Of a stretch of DNA of 27,099 nucleotides, positions 17,052 to 25,212 are shown in pieces. The first letter of the stretch is position 1, and each line of letters begins with the position of its first letter. The stretch is taken from positions 1-27,099 of the forward strand of contig WSZX01000292.1 in assembly GCA_013139935.1 (NCBI GenBank). The letters are read 5' to 3'. This stretch comes from Ardenticatenales bacterium (lineage in GTDB: Bacteria > Chloroflexota > Anaerolineae > Promineifilales > UBA4811). The translations under genes were made by a program, and so were the position numbers. The notes under the pieces are model-generated. The model saw only the letters and a program-made list of their open reading frames with translations. It was not told the origin of the DNA and did no database searches.

Positions 17052-17924
17052 ATGAGCGTCAAGCATCCACCTTCAGCCTATACCTACCTGCGCCACAAAA
17101 AGAAGTTCCCGCATGTTTGGTGTCCGGGCTGCGGTATCGGGATTGTCATGGGCGCGATCATTCGGGCGGTGGATGGTCTGGGGCTGGACCAGAATCACGT
17201 GGCGATTATCTCGGGGATCGGCTGCACCAGCCGGATGCCGGTCTATATGGATTTCAATACCATGCACACGACCCACGGCCGGGCGCTGGCCTTTGCCACC
17301 GGCCTCAAGCTGGTCCGGCCGGACATGCACATCATTGTCGTGATGGGGGACGGCGATGCGCTGGCGATAGGGGGGAATCACTTCATCCACGCCGCTCGGC
17401 GCAACATCGGCCTCACTGCAGTAATCCTTAACAATCATATCTATGGCATGACCGGGGGTCAGGTTTCGCCAAGTACCCCGGTAGGCATGGTCGCCACCAC
17501 CGCGCCGTATGGGAACACTGATCCCCCGTTTCCCATCACCGACCTTTCGATAGCGGCCGGGGCGGCCTATGTAGCTCGCTCCACAGTCTACCATTCGCAT
17601 GAGTTGGAAAAGTATATCCGGACCGGGCTAGAGGTCCCCGGTTTTGCAGTGATAGAGGCAGTCAGCTATTGCCACACGACCGTCGGCCGGCTTAACAAAC
17701 TGGGTGGCGCCGTCGAAATGATGCGCAACCTGAAGGAAACCAGTCTCACTCGACGGATGGCTGAAAAGCGCTCGCCCGAGGAGCTGGAGGGAAAGATCGT
17801 GCGGGGTGTCTTTTATCACGATGCGTGTCGGAAGGAGTATTGTGCTCTCTACCAGGAGATACAGGAAAAGGCCGGTGGCGCTAAACTGGCCGCCCGGCGA
17901 ATCAGCAGCATGGAGATGGTGTAG
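17052..17924 (+). CDS. korB: 2-oxoacid:ferredoxin oxidoreductase beta subunit (TPP-binding)
   Basis: WCPGCG, SGIGC, HGRA and GDGD...IGGNH...NNHIYGMTGGQ.SP TPP motif. Confidence 0.93.
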   Translation: MSVKHPPSAYTYLRHKKKFPHVWCPGCGIGIVMGAIIRAVDGLGLDQNHVAIISGIGCTSRMPVYMDFNTMHTTHGRALAFATGLKLVRPDMHIIVVMGDGDALAIGGNHFIHAARRNIGLTAVILNNHIYGMTGGQVSPSTPVGMVATTAPYGNTDPPFPITDLSIAAGAAYVARSTVYHSHELEKYIRTGLEVPGFAVIEAVSYCHTTVGRLNKLGGAVEMMRNLKETSLTRRMAEKRSPEELEGKIVRGVFYHDACRKEYCALYQEIQEKAGGAKLAARRISSMEMV

Positions 17925-18517
17925 TGAAGGACGCGAGCGACCGGTTTGAGGTCAGACTGGCCGGTTCGGGCGGGCAGGGGTTGATCCTGGCGGGGGTAAT
18001 CCTGGCAGAGGCTGTTGCCATCTATGATGGCCGGAACGCGATCCAGACCCAGAGCTATGGTCCGGAGGCGCGGGGTGGGGCCTCTAAATCAGAAGTCATT
18101 GTGAGTGACGGAAGGATCGACTTTCCAAAGGTGATGTTGGCCGATGTGTTGCTGGCATTAAGCCAAGAGGCCTGTGATACATACTTTCATGGTCTCAAGC
18201 CAAAGGGCCTGCTGGTGGTGGATTCGGACCTTGTTGAGCGGGCTCCCACCAGCAAGGCGGTGGGGGTCCCCGTCACCAAGATGGCGATCGAGGCCACCGG
18301 CAAGGCGATCACTGCCAATATTGTGGGTCTGGGACTGATTGGCGGGCTGACGAGTGTCGTTTCTCGCCAGGCGCTTGAGAAGGCGGTGACGGAGCGTGCC
18401 CCCAAGGGCACGGCCGAGATGAATCTGAAAGCGCTGGCGGCCGGATGGGAGAAGGCGCTCGAGATCAAAGAGGCTTCCAGATCGGTACGCCCTGGGCCCC
18501 GGCGAAGAGAGTCGTAG
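17924..18517 (+). CDS. korC: 2-oxoacid:ferredoxin oxidoreductase gamma subunit
   Basis: LAGSGGQG, QSYGPEARGGASKSEV and NIVGLG; GTG start overlaps the korB stop (TAGTG). Confidence 0.92.
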   Translation: MKDASDRFEVRLAGSGGQGLILAGVILAEAVAIYDGRNAIQTQSYGPEARGGASKSEVIVSDGRIDFPKVMLADVLLALSQEACDTYFHGLKPKGLLVVDSDLVERAPTSKAVGVPVTKMAIEATGKAITANIVGLGLIGGLTSVVSRQALEKAVTERAPKGTAEMNLKALAAGWEKALEIKEASRSVRPGPRRRES

Positions 18518-18593
18518 TAGTACACCGGGCGCGTGGGTGGGTCCGGCAATGGCATGGACGGGGGGTTGTTTGCCGGCACTGCCTGCTTGCCGA

Positions 18594-19034
18594 CTAGTCC
18601 ACATCTTGTTCGGGGCGGCGGCGGTAGCGCTTTCTTGAACTCCGGCGTCGTTTGTCCTCAAGCCTTCTCTCCCTGGCCGCTCGCGACGGCCGGGTGAGAA
18701 GACGTTTCTTTGGCGGCCGGAGAGCCTGTTGCAGCAGCGCTCGAAACCGGGCAACGACCGCCTCCCGGTTCTGGTACTGGCTGCGCGACTGGCTGGACAC
18801 CAGGTGCAGCACGCCGTTTTGGTCAATCACATGGCCGAGCCCGGCAAGCAACCGCTCCCGCTGAACGTCGTTCAGGCGGGATGAGCCACCGACGTCAAAC
18901 AGCAGTTCAACCCGGGTCTCGGAGCGGTTGGCGTGCTGCCCGCCGGGCCCACCGCTGCGCGAAAAGCGGAATGTGAGCTCGCTGAGGGAAATGCTCAGAC
19001 CAGGGTAGATTGGAATAGCTTTCTCGTCGCTCAT
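18594..19034 (-). CDS. arfB: Alternative ribosome rescue peptidyl-tRNA hydrolase ArfB (YaeJ)
   Basis: FSRSGGPGGQHANRSETRVEL (GGQ motif), SQSRSQYQNRE and a basic tail TRPSRAARERRLEDKRRRS; start trimmed to ATG 19034. Confidence 0.93.
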   Translation of the reverse strand: MSDEKAIPIYPGLSISLSELTFRFSRSGGPGGQHANRSETRVELLFDVGGSSRLNDVQRERLLAGLGHVIDQNGVLHLVSSQSRSQYQNREAVVARFRALLQQALRPPKKRLLTRPSRAARERRLEDKRRRSSRKRYRRRPEQDVD

Positions 19035-19217
19035 GGCGGCAACGCTCTCCCAGGGCAGCAGGCCCATCGCGCCGATTGCCAGGCTGCATACTGGCACCCG
19101 ATAAGAAATCACTTCCCGCTTTGAATGCGGAATCAGGTGCACTGCGCGTCCGCAAAAGGCCAAGTTGTTTTTCAACTAGTATGCCAACTGGCGCAGGAAA
19201 CGCAACCGAGCATCTAG

Positions 19218-19381
19218 GAGGGTGTCGAAAATCAGCCACAAAGTCAATCACACTCGCGCAACTCGTGCTGTGAGAGACAGAGACGGGGGGGATTGTAGGG
19301 AGCATTGATCCATACAATCCCTCCCAATCTCCAGCAGTGTGGCGCTCCGCTTGGTCTGACAGCGCGTTTTTCCACACCCTC
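19218..19381. mobile_element. MITE-like element B (14-bp terminal inverted repeats, internal hairpin)
   Basis: GAGGGTGTCGAAAA (19218-19231) and TTTTCCACACCCTC (19368-19381), 13/14 match. Flanks are CATCTAG/CATCCAG; internal inverted repeat at 19285-19297/19313-19325. Confidence 0.55.
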
Positions 19382-19395
19382 CATCCAGCATTCTT

Positions 19396-19535
19396 GAGGG
19401 TGTTGAAAAAGGGGCTGCGGCGGCGGGAGAGAGTGGCAGAGGCGGCTTTCCTCACCTGCACTGCCCGCAGGCGCAAGTGTGTGCGACAGCGGAAGTGCAG
19501 AGGGGACGGCGCCTCGCTTGTTCTTCTGCACCCTC
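19396..19535. mobile_element. MITE-like element C, tandem to element B
   Basis: GAGGGTGTTGAAAAA (19396-19410) and TTCTTCTGCACCCTC (19521-19535), 12/15 match. Exact 6-bp direct repeat ATTCTT on both flanks (19390-19395 and 19536-19541). Confidence 0.55.
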
Positions 19536-19611
19536 ATTCTTCAGTGCGCAAAGGGTGCTGGGACAGGTCTGGTCCCGGGTGAGAGTAGAGACGAAAGGCG
19601 GCGGCAAGGAT

Positions 19612-19640
19612 TTCGCAATTATGTACGGACGCTCTATAAT
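19612..19640 (+). promoter_or_regulatory. Sigma70-type promoter TTCGCA-N17-TATAAT, probably producing a leaderless mRNA
   Basis: TATAAT at 19635-19640, followed 7 nt later by ATG 19648 with no SD sequence. Confidence 0.55.
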
Positions 19641-19647
19641 CCCACCC

Positions 19648-21429
19648 ATGCCCTTGACGATGATGGTGAACTCTGGGAGGCGCGCCGCTGGCCGGACCGC
19701 AGTGGGTTGTCTCGTGGCTCTACTGGGGCTGGCCGGCTGCGTTTCCGTGCCGCTTTCATCGCTGACGCCGGCCCCAACCCCGGACCCAACCGCCACGCCT
19801 CTTGTTCCTCGGCCAGCCACCGAGACCGCGGTGATACCACCTTCGGCGACGCCAAGGATACTCATCCCTACCTGGACGCCTACCGCCATCCCTGAGGTGC
19901 CCACACTGACGCCGGTTCCTCCCCTCACCCTGGCTGTTGAACCAGGTACTCTACCGATCCTGGCGGATGCGTTCCGGCAGTTGATTGACTCCCGTCCAGC
20001 CGAGTTCGCCTGGGCCGAGGTGGGCGCGGCCGACGTAACGGCCGGCTTTGATCCCACCTTGCCGCTGGGCCATTGGGTCTTTGCGGCCGTGGCTCCTTTT
20101 TACACGATCCCGGACGAGGTAGAGTATGCTGACATCGTCTCCGCCTGGAACGGCGCGGCCAAGGGGCCGTTTGCCGGCCGCCCATTCCTGTTTGGCCAGG
20201 AGACGGCGGACGCGCTGGAATCTCAATTCGGCCACCGGCCGATCGGCGCTCAACTCGTGGATTCGGCGGAGTTGCTGGATGCTGCCTGGGCGGCGAGGCC
20301 GGCCTGGGCTATCGTTCCTTTCGAGGCCCTCGAGCCGCGCTGGAAGGTGCTGCGGGTGGATGGCCTGTCACCGCTGGACAGACGGTTGGACCCGGCAGTC
20401 TATCCCCTGGCGCTCCCGGTAGGGCTATGCGGCCGGGCAGACAAGGTGGAAGAGGTCTGGATCGCACTGGGCGGACCGGCCGCCAGTGTGACCAACCGAG
20501 ACGAGAGCCTGATGACGGTGTTGGCAATGACGGGGGTCACCGCCCTGGCGCGAGCCACCGCGTACGCGATGGAGATATCCGGCATCACCTACCCGGGCGA
20601 GGAGGTCGCCCGGGTGCTGCAATCGGCTGATATCGTGCATGTGAGCAACGAGGTCTCTTTTGCCAGCGACTGTCCATACCCCGACCCGGCCCGCCAGGAA
20701 GGTCCCATTCGATTCTGTTCCGATGACCGCTATATCGAACTGCTGGAATTCATCGGCGCGAACGTCATCGAGCTTACGGGCAACCACAACAATGACTGGG
20801 GCACGGCCGCTTTTGACCATACCCTGGCGATGTATCAGCAGCGAGGGTGGGGAACGTTTGGGGGCGGGGCAAACGCGCTGGAGGCAAGCCAGCCGCTGAC
20901 CGTTACGCACAACGGTAACACCATCGGCTTGATGGGGTGCAACCCGGTTGGACCTCGATTTGCGTGGGCCACGGTGGACAGCCCCGGGGCGGCCTATTGC
21001 ACCATGCAGTCGCTGGCGGCCTCGGTGACCGAACTGGCAGCGCAGGTGGACGTGGTGGCGGTGGGCATCCAGTACCGGGAGCACTATACCTATGCCGCGA
21101 CCAGCCAACAAAGGACGGATTTCCTGGCATTGTCGGCGGCCGGAGCGGACATTGTCAGCGGGAGCCAGGGACACCATGCTCAAGGATTCGCCTTTGCCGC
21201 TGGTGGTGGCAGCATTGTTCACTTTGGGCTGGGAAACCTCTTTTTTGACCAGATGGACAAACTGGGCACCCGGCAGACCTTTATTGACCGGCATGTGATA
21301 TATGCCGGCCGGCTCATCGCCACTGATCTGTGGACAGGGTTGATAGAGAACTGGGCCCGCCCGCGGGCCATGACACCGATCGAACGGGCCGACCTGCTCC
21401 GGAGCGTGTTTGCCGCCAGCGATTGGTGA
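19648..21429 (+). CDS. CapA/PGA_cap-family (metallophosphoesterase fold) lipoprotein with N-terminal extension
   Basis: Lipobox LAGC and Pro/Thr linker; C-terminal ADIVHVSNE, IELTGNHNNDWG, ADIVSGSQGH and HFGLGNLFFDQ. Start uncertain (19621-19666). Confidence 0.82.
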   Translation: MPLTMMVNSGRRAAGRTAVGCLVALLGLAGCVSVPLSSLTPAPTPDPTATPLVPRPATETAVIPPSATPRILIPTWTPTAIPEVPTLTPVPPLTLAVEPGTLPILADAFRQLIDSRPAEFAWAEVGAADVTAGFDPTLPLGHWVFAAVAPFYTIPDEVEYADIVSAWNGAAKGPFAGRPFLFGQETADALESQFGHRPIGAQLVDSAELLDAAWAARPAWAIVPFEALEPRWKVLRVDGLSPLDRRLDPAVYPLALPVGLCGRADKVEEVWIALGGPAASVTNRDESLMTVLAMTGVTALARATAYAMEISGITYPGEEVARVLQSADIVHVSNEVSFASDCPYPDPARQEGPIRFCSDDRYIELLEFIGANVIELTGNHNNDWGTAAFDHTLAMYQQRGWGTFGGGANALEASQPLTVTHNGNTIGLMGCNPVGPRFAWATVDSPGAAYCTMQSLAASVTELAAQVDVVAVGIQYREHYTYAATSQQRTDFLALSAAGADIVSGSQGHHAQGFAFAAGGGSIVHFGLGNLFFDQMDKLGTRQTFIDRHVIYAGRLIATDLWTGLIENWARPRAMTPIERADLLRSVFAASDW

Positions 21430-21570
21430 GGCGGGAACAGTATCCAGAGCTTTGGAATCAGTTCGGACACTGCTAATCCAGTTGGCCAGGACAAGGGATG
21501 GTGGTGGAGGGCAGGTCCGAACGTCAAAGGAGAGGGATACCGTCGCGATGCAAGGAACGTTCAGGTCGAG

Positions 21571-21576
21571 TATAAT
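21571..21576 (+). promoter_or_regulatory. -10 element (TATAAT) upstream of the L,D-transpeptidase gene
   Basis: Perfect TATAAT 50 nt before ATG 21627; no clear -35. Confidence 0.4.
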
Positions 21577-21626
21577 GGTGCGGTGAGATCTCTGCAATCT
21601 GGGACGCCTAGAGAGTAGGATACGCG

Positions 21627-22748
21627 ATGCGTTGGCATTGGATTGTTCTCGGTACTGCCCTGGCGCTGGTTGCGACACAGGAAGGCGAGGCATCTGGCGG
21701 TGTCTGCTTTGCATTGAGCGAAGATGGGCCGGCGCTATGCCCCACGGAGCAGGCCCGCAACGTGTCCGTTTTCCGGCCGGTAGGGTTGCCCGCCCGGGAG
21801 GTGGAGATGGTTGTCTATGAGACGTGGGCCGACGAGGAACATGTCAGCACGCCGGATGTGTACGCCTGGATAGATGATTATACGCCCATCTATCGCCTTC
21901 CGGCCGAGGCGGCCGCCGGCCTACCCCCAATTCGCGTCTCTCAGCCGGGTTTCACCTACGTCAGCCTGTCGGGTGAGACGTGGACTGATGACGAACATTG
22001 GTACCAGATCAACGTCAATTCTCCCCGCAACTCGGAACGAGCAGATGAATACGTGCATGAGAGGAATATCCACCTGGTGCGGCCATCCAGCTTTGCCGGC
22101 ATCCGCCTGGCGTCGCAACCGGCTCTTCCCTTTGCCTGGATTCTGCGTAACGTGCGGCCCAGCTCCCTGCCCGGCGAACGGGCCGATCCTGATCATCCCA
22201 TGCTCTATCGCTACGATCTGGTCAATATCTATGGCGCGGAACGAATCGATGGCCACTCCTGGTATCTGATTGACCCCAATCAATGGGTGAGGCAGGGGTA
22301 CGTGGGAATGGTAGACATTGATCCCCGGCCGGCAGGGGTAGGGCCGGGAGAAAAGTGGATCGAGATCGACCTGTATGAGGAGACGTTGGCTGCGTACGAA
22401 GGCGATCAGATGGTGTACGCAACTTTGGTATCCGGCGGGCTGCCTCAATGGGCGACCAGGCGCGGCCACTTTCGTATCTATGAGAAGGTGCTGATAGCCA
22501 AGATGAGCGGCCAACACGGGAAATCGGATTACTATTATCTGGAAGATGTTCCCTGGACGATGTACTATGACTATGAAATCGGATTGCATGGCGCGTACTG
22601 GCACGATGCCTTTGGGTACAGGCACAGCCATGGGTGTGTAAACCTGCCGCCCATTTCAGCCCAGTGGCTCTACCAGTGGACTGCTCCATTTGTTCCAGAA
22701 GGGATCAACCGCTTTCGGGGGGAGGGGACCTGGGTTTGGGTGCATTAG
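21627..22748 (+). CDS. Secreted L,D-transpeptidase (YkuD/ErfK family)
   Basis: Signal peptide; WIEIDLYEETLAAYEG, TLVSGG...TRRGHF, VPWTMYY and GLHGAYWH...SHGCVNL (catalytic His/Cys); two short SH3-like segments upstream. Confidence 0.92.
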   Translation: MRWHWIVLGTALALVATQEGEASGGVCFALSEDGPALCPTEQARNVSVFRPVGLPAREVEMVVYETWADEEHVSTPDVYAWIDDYTPIYRLPAEAAAGLPPIRVSQPGFTYVSLSGETWTDDEHWYQINVNSPRNSERADEYVHERNIHLVRPSSFAGIRLASQPALPFAWILRNVRPSSLPGERADPDHPMLYRYDLVNIYGAERIDGHSWYLIDPNQWVRQGYVGMVDIDPRPAGVGPGEKWIEIDLYEETLAAYEGDQMVYATLVSGGLPQWATRRGHFRIYEKVLIAKMSGQHGKSDYYYLEDVPWTMYYDYEIGLHGAYWHDAFGYRHSHGCVNLPPISAQWLYQWTAPFVPEGINRFRGEGTWVWVH

Positions 22749-22848
22749 CGACTGATACGCCGACGACCGGCCGTCTGCGCGTGCGGGGAGTGGGGAAAGA
22801 GGGATATGGTGTTGTACGAGTTGGGTAAACAGCCGCGCCGGACGCCAG

Positions 22849-23223
22849 ATGGATCGCCGCGCGTTTGAGCAACTGGTGGTGGGGGCATTGGATAGCCTGC
22901 CGGCCGATATCCGGCAGTTGCTGGACAATGTGGAGGTGACGGTGGACCGGGAGCCGTCCCCGACGATTCTGAAGCAGTTGGGGATGCGGAGGGGGCAGTT
23001 GTTGTTAGGGCTCTACCAAGGGGTTCCCCAGACGCGGCGCACCAGCCACTATGGGCTGGTCCTGCCAGACAAGATCACCATCTACCAGCGGCCGATCGAA
23101 CAGATTTGCCGCACACCGGCCGCAATCCGCGCTCAGGTTCGCCAAACGGTGATCCATGAGTTGGCCCACCATTTCGGGATTTCCGACGCACGGCTGTCCG
23201 AGATCAAAGCGGACCGAGGTTAG
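22849..23223 (+). CDS. Minimal zincin metallopeptidase (Zincin_1/DUF1025)
   Basis: LLGLYQGVP, PDKITIYQRPI and TVIHELAHHFG (HExxH). Confidence 0.9.
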   Translation: MDRRAFEQLVVGALDSLPADIRQLLDNVEVTVDREPSPTILKQLGMRRGQLLLGLYQGVPQTRRTSHYGLVLPDKITIYQRPIEQICRTPAAIRAQVRQTVIHELAHHFGISDARLSEIKADRG

Positions 23224-23240
23224 CACTTGTTAAGGAATAA

Positions 23241-23271
23241 CTACCCGTTTTCGATAGTGATTCACGGGTAG
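23241..23271. terminator. Candidate hairpin/terminator between convergent genes
   Basis: CTACCCGT (23241-23248) and ACGGGTAG (23264-23271) form an 8-bp inverted repeat; no strong U-tract. Confidence 0.3.
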
Positions 23272-23414
23272 AGCGGTCACAAACTGCCAAGTTGTTGTTG
23301 GTCAAGTACTTGGCTTTGCTCGCGCTTTTCCAGTACGGCATAGCACGCGCGGAACCTGCGCTACGGGGGGGGCAGCATTGCAAGGGGGTGGTGGAGCGGC
23401 GCCCACGCAGCCAG

Positions 23415-24143
23415 TCAGAGATTGCGGTAATCAATCTCAACCTGGTAATCGGGTACCACGTGGACGCCAGTGACGATGAGCCACATCTTGCCCTGGAATC
23501 CCCGGCTGAGGCCCAAGGCCAGGTAGACCTCCTCGGCCGGGAGCCGCCGCAGCAGCGCGTCCTCTTCCATCCTGAGTTCTCCCCCCTTTTCTCCCAACCA
23601 GCTCCGTCCCAGGGCTCGCCACTTGATATCTGTGACCGGGAGTCCTCGCGGCGAGTTTGCCTGTGGGTGACAGGTGCCACTCAGAGTGAAGCCGATGCGA
23701 GCTTCATACTTTAGCGAGTAGGGATCGAGGGTGAAGTGAGCCCAGAGGCGATCCGACCGGACCAGGCACAGGGAGCGAGATGGGTTTCGGCCCAGCACCT
23801 CTTCAGCGGCCCGGTCGAGGTGCTCTGCCAAAAAGCGGGCGCGGCGCTCGCCCTCCAGGCGTCGCAGCAAGCGAGGGCGGTGGTAGATGAAATCGGTGAT
23901 CCAGTCTTCGGTGTGGGGCGGGATGGGGCGGCGCCTCAACAGTTGCAGTTCGACGACATCGCCTAGCTGAATGACCCGCCCCTGGGCATCGGTGAGGTCG
24001 CCCAGCAGCAGGCTCGAGCGCTCCTTGATCGGGCGCACCCAGCTCAAGCGGCTGGCCGGGTGGGCTTGGTGGACAAGGCCGGCCGTACAAACGCCGCTGA
24101 GCATACGGGTCATTGACAAGACCAGAATCTCCTGAGCCGGCAT
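23415..24143 (-). CDS. Dual OB-fold domain protein (DUF488-associated)
   Basis: Pattern ILVLSMTRMLSGVCTAG...WVRP...GDVVEL...PPHTEDW...SL...VTDIKW...LALGLS...LIVTGV matches my recollection of the dual-OB family found beside DUF488 genes. SD AGGGAG is present. Family name not verified by search. Confidence 0.65.
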   Translation of the reverse strand: MPAQEILVLSMTRMLSGVCTAGLVHQAHPASRLSWVRPIKERSSLLLGDLTDAQGRVIQLGDVVELQLLRRRPIPPHTEDWITDFIYHRPRLLRRLEGERRARFLAEHLDRAAEEVLGRNPSRSLCLVRSDRLWAHFTLDPYSLKYEARIGFTLSGTCHPQANSPRGLPVTDIKWRALGRSWLGEKGGELRMEEDALLRRLPAEEVYLALGLSRGFQGKMWLIVTGVHVVPDYQVEIDYRNL

Positions 24144-24157
24144 CGGGGCTCCCTGTG

Positions 24158-24604
24158 CTAGCCTTTGAGGTGGACCACAGCCAGGTCAGAGAAACGGTCG
24201 GCCCAATACTCGGCAACCAGGCGCCGGTGACATTGGTCGGGCGCCGGCTCTGAACAGAGCAAGCAGACCGCCCCGTGGCGAGAGAGGATGTCGCGCCCGA
24301 TGGCCTCGGTCGGCCGCTCTACCAGTGTTTGGTTGAAGCGCTTCTCGTAGGCGACCCAGTCCTTGTCCTGACGGTAGGCATCTAGGGTCTCGGTGGTGGG
24401 GGCCAGGTCAGTATGGTGTTCGTAGGCGATGCCAAACCCTTGGCGCAGCAGATAGGCGAGGTCGTCACGCTTGGCATAGCCGCACAGTTGCGACGTGTTG
24501 CGCAGCCGGATGTCAATGACTGCATCCACGCCAGCCTCACGCAACAGGCTAATGAATCGGGACAATGGCTTGCGCTGAAAACCAATGGTGTAGATGGTAG
24601 GCAG
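24158..24604 (-). CDS. DUF488 family protein (second paralog), probable CTG start
   Basis: (M)PTIYTIGFQRK...DAVIDIRL...YEHHTDLAP...LLCSEPAPDQCHRRLVAEY. The conserved IYTIG motif lies upstream of the ORF-track TTG start (24565); SD GGGAGG is 6 nt before CTG 24604. Confidence 0.85.
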   Translation of the reverse strand: MPTIYTIGFQRKPLSRFISLLREAGVDAVIDIRLRNTSQLCGYAKRDDLAYLLRQGFGIAYEHHTDLAPTTETLDAYRQDKDWVAYEKRFNQTLVERPTEAIGRDILSRHGAVCLLCSEPAPDQCHRRLVAEYWADRFSDLAVVHLKG

Positions 24605-24677
24605 GCGGTTCCTCCCTTGAAGATGCGGCTGGATGAGGTTTCTGTTTTCCGGAACCCTGTCTGATTGTACTCTGATT

Positions 24678-25178
24678 CTAGAATAGCGTCAGTTGCTTCA
24701 ATTCCGGGTGCGCCTCGACAGTATCACCGTCAGGGCGGATGTGGATCACGCGGGCGTCTCGGGCCAGTAGCTCGGGAGTGACCAGCAAGGCGCGGTGACA
24801 GCGGCGATGGTCGCCCTCGCTGCACATCATGGCGACGGTGTTGGTGCGGGCCAGTTCCAGCAACTGCCCCACGCCGGCTTGAAAACCGGGAGTTGCTGCG
24901 ATAAGGTCATAGTTGGGATGTTCATCGGCCTCTTGGGTGTCGTCTGACGGCCGGCCGCCGAGTGTATCACCCATGAAGAGATAGGTCAGGCCGGCCTCTG
25001 TCAGGGATTGGACGAGTGTCTCGCGATTGAAGTGGGGCACCCAGCGGCTGTAGGGCTGGCTCCGCACATCTGCCAGAGTGGTAATCCCATGGCGCTGCAA
25101 GAGGGCGACAAAGGTCTCCGGCTCGTGGTCGCTGTGGCCGATCGAATAGATGATGGGTGAGTTGGTGGCAGCCGTCAT
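24678..25178 (-). CDS. DUF488 family protein with C-terminal QLTLF motif
   Basis: IYSIGHS, LADVRSQPYSR, LGGRP and MCSEGDHRRCHR; ends in KQLTLF. Confidence 0.9.
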   Translation of the reverse strand: MTAATNSPIIYSIGHSDHEPETFVALLQRHGITTLADVRSQPYSRWVPHFNRETLVQSLTEAGLTYLFMGDTLGGRPSDDTQEADEHPNYDLIAATPGFQAGVGQLLELARTNTVAMMCSEGDHRRCHRALLVTPELLARDARVIHIRPDGDTVEAHPELKQLTLF

Positions 25179-25212
25179 TGCGGATGATTACCCCTATCTA
25201 GCCAGTGGGTGG

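Noticed and set aside
18543-18576. 7-bp inverted repeat CCGGCAA/TTGCCGG between korC and arfB
   Set aside because: The loop is 20 nt and there is no U-tract; could easily be chance in GC-rich DNA.
19218-19535. CRISPR array
   Set aside because: The repeats are only 14-15 bp, alternate in orientation and have irregular spacing; no cas genes are in the window.
20425-21714. 429-aa minus-strand ORF
   Set aside because: Antisense to the CapA-like gene with low-complexity composition and no family features.
23204-23714. ORFs 23204-23680 (-) and 23292-23714 (+)
   Set aside because: Both overlap the dual-OB gene in alternative frames, with no SD or motif support.
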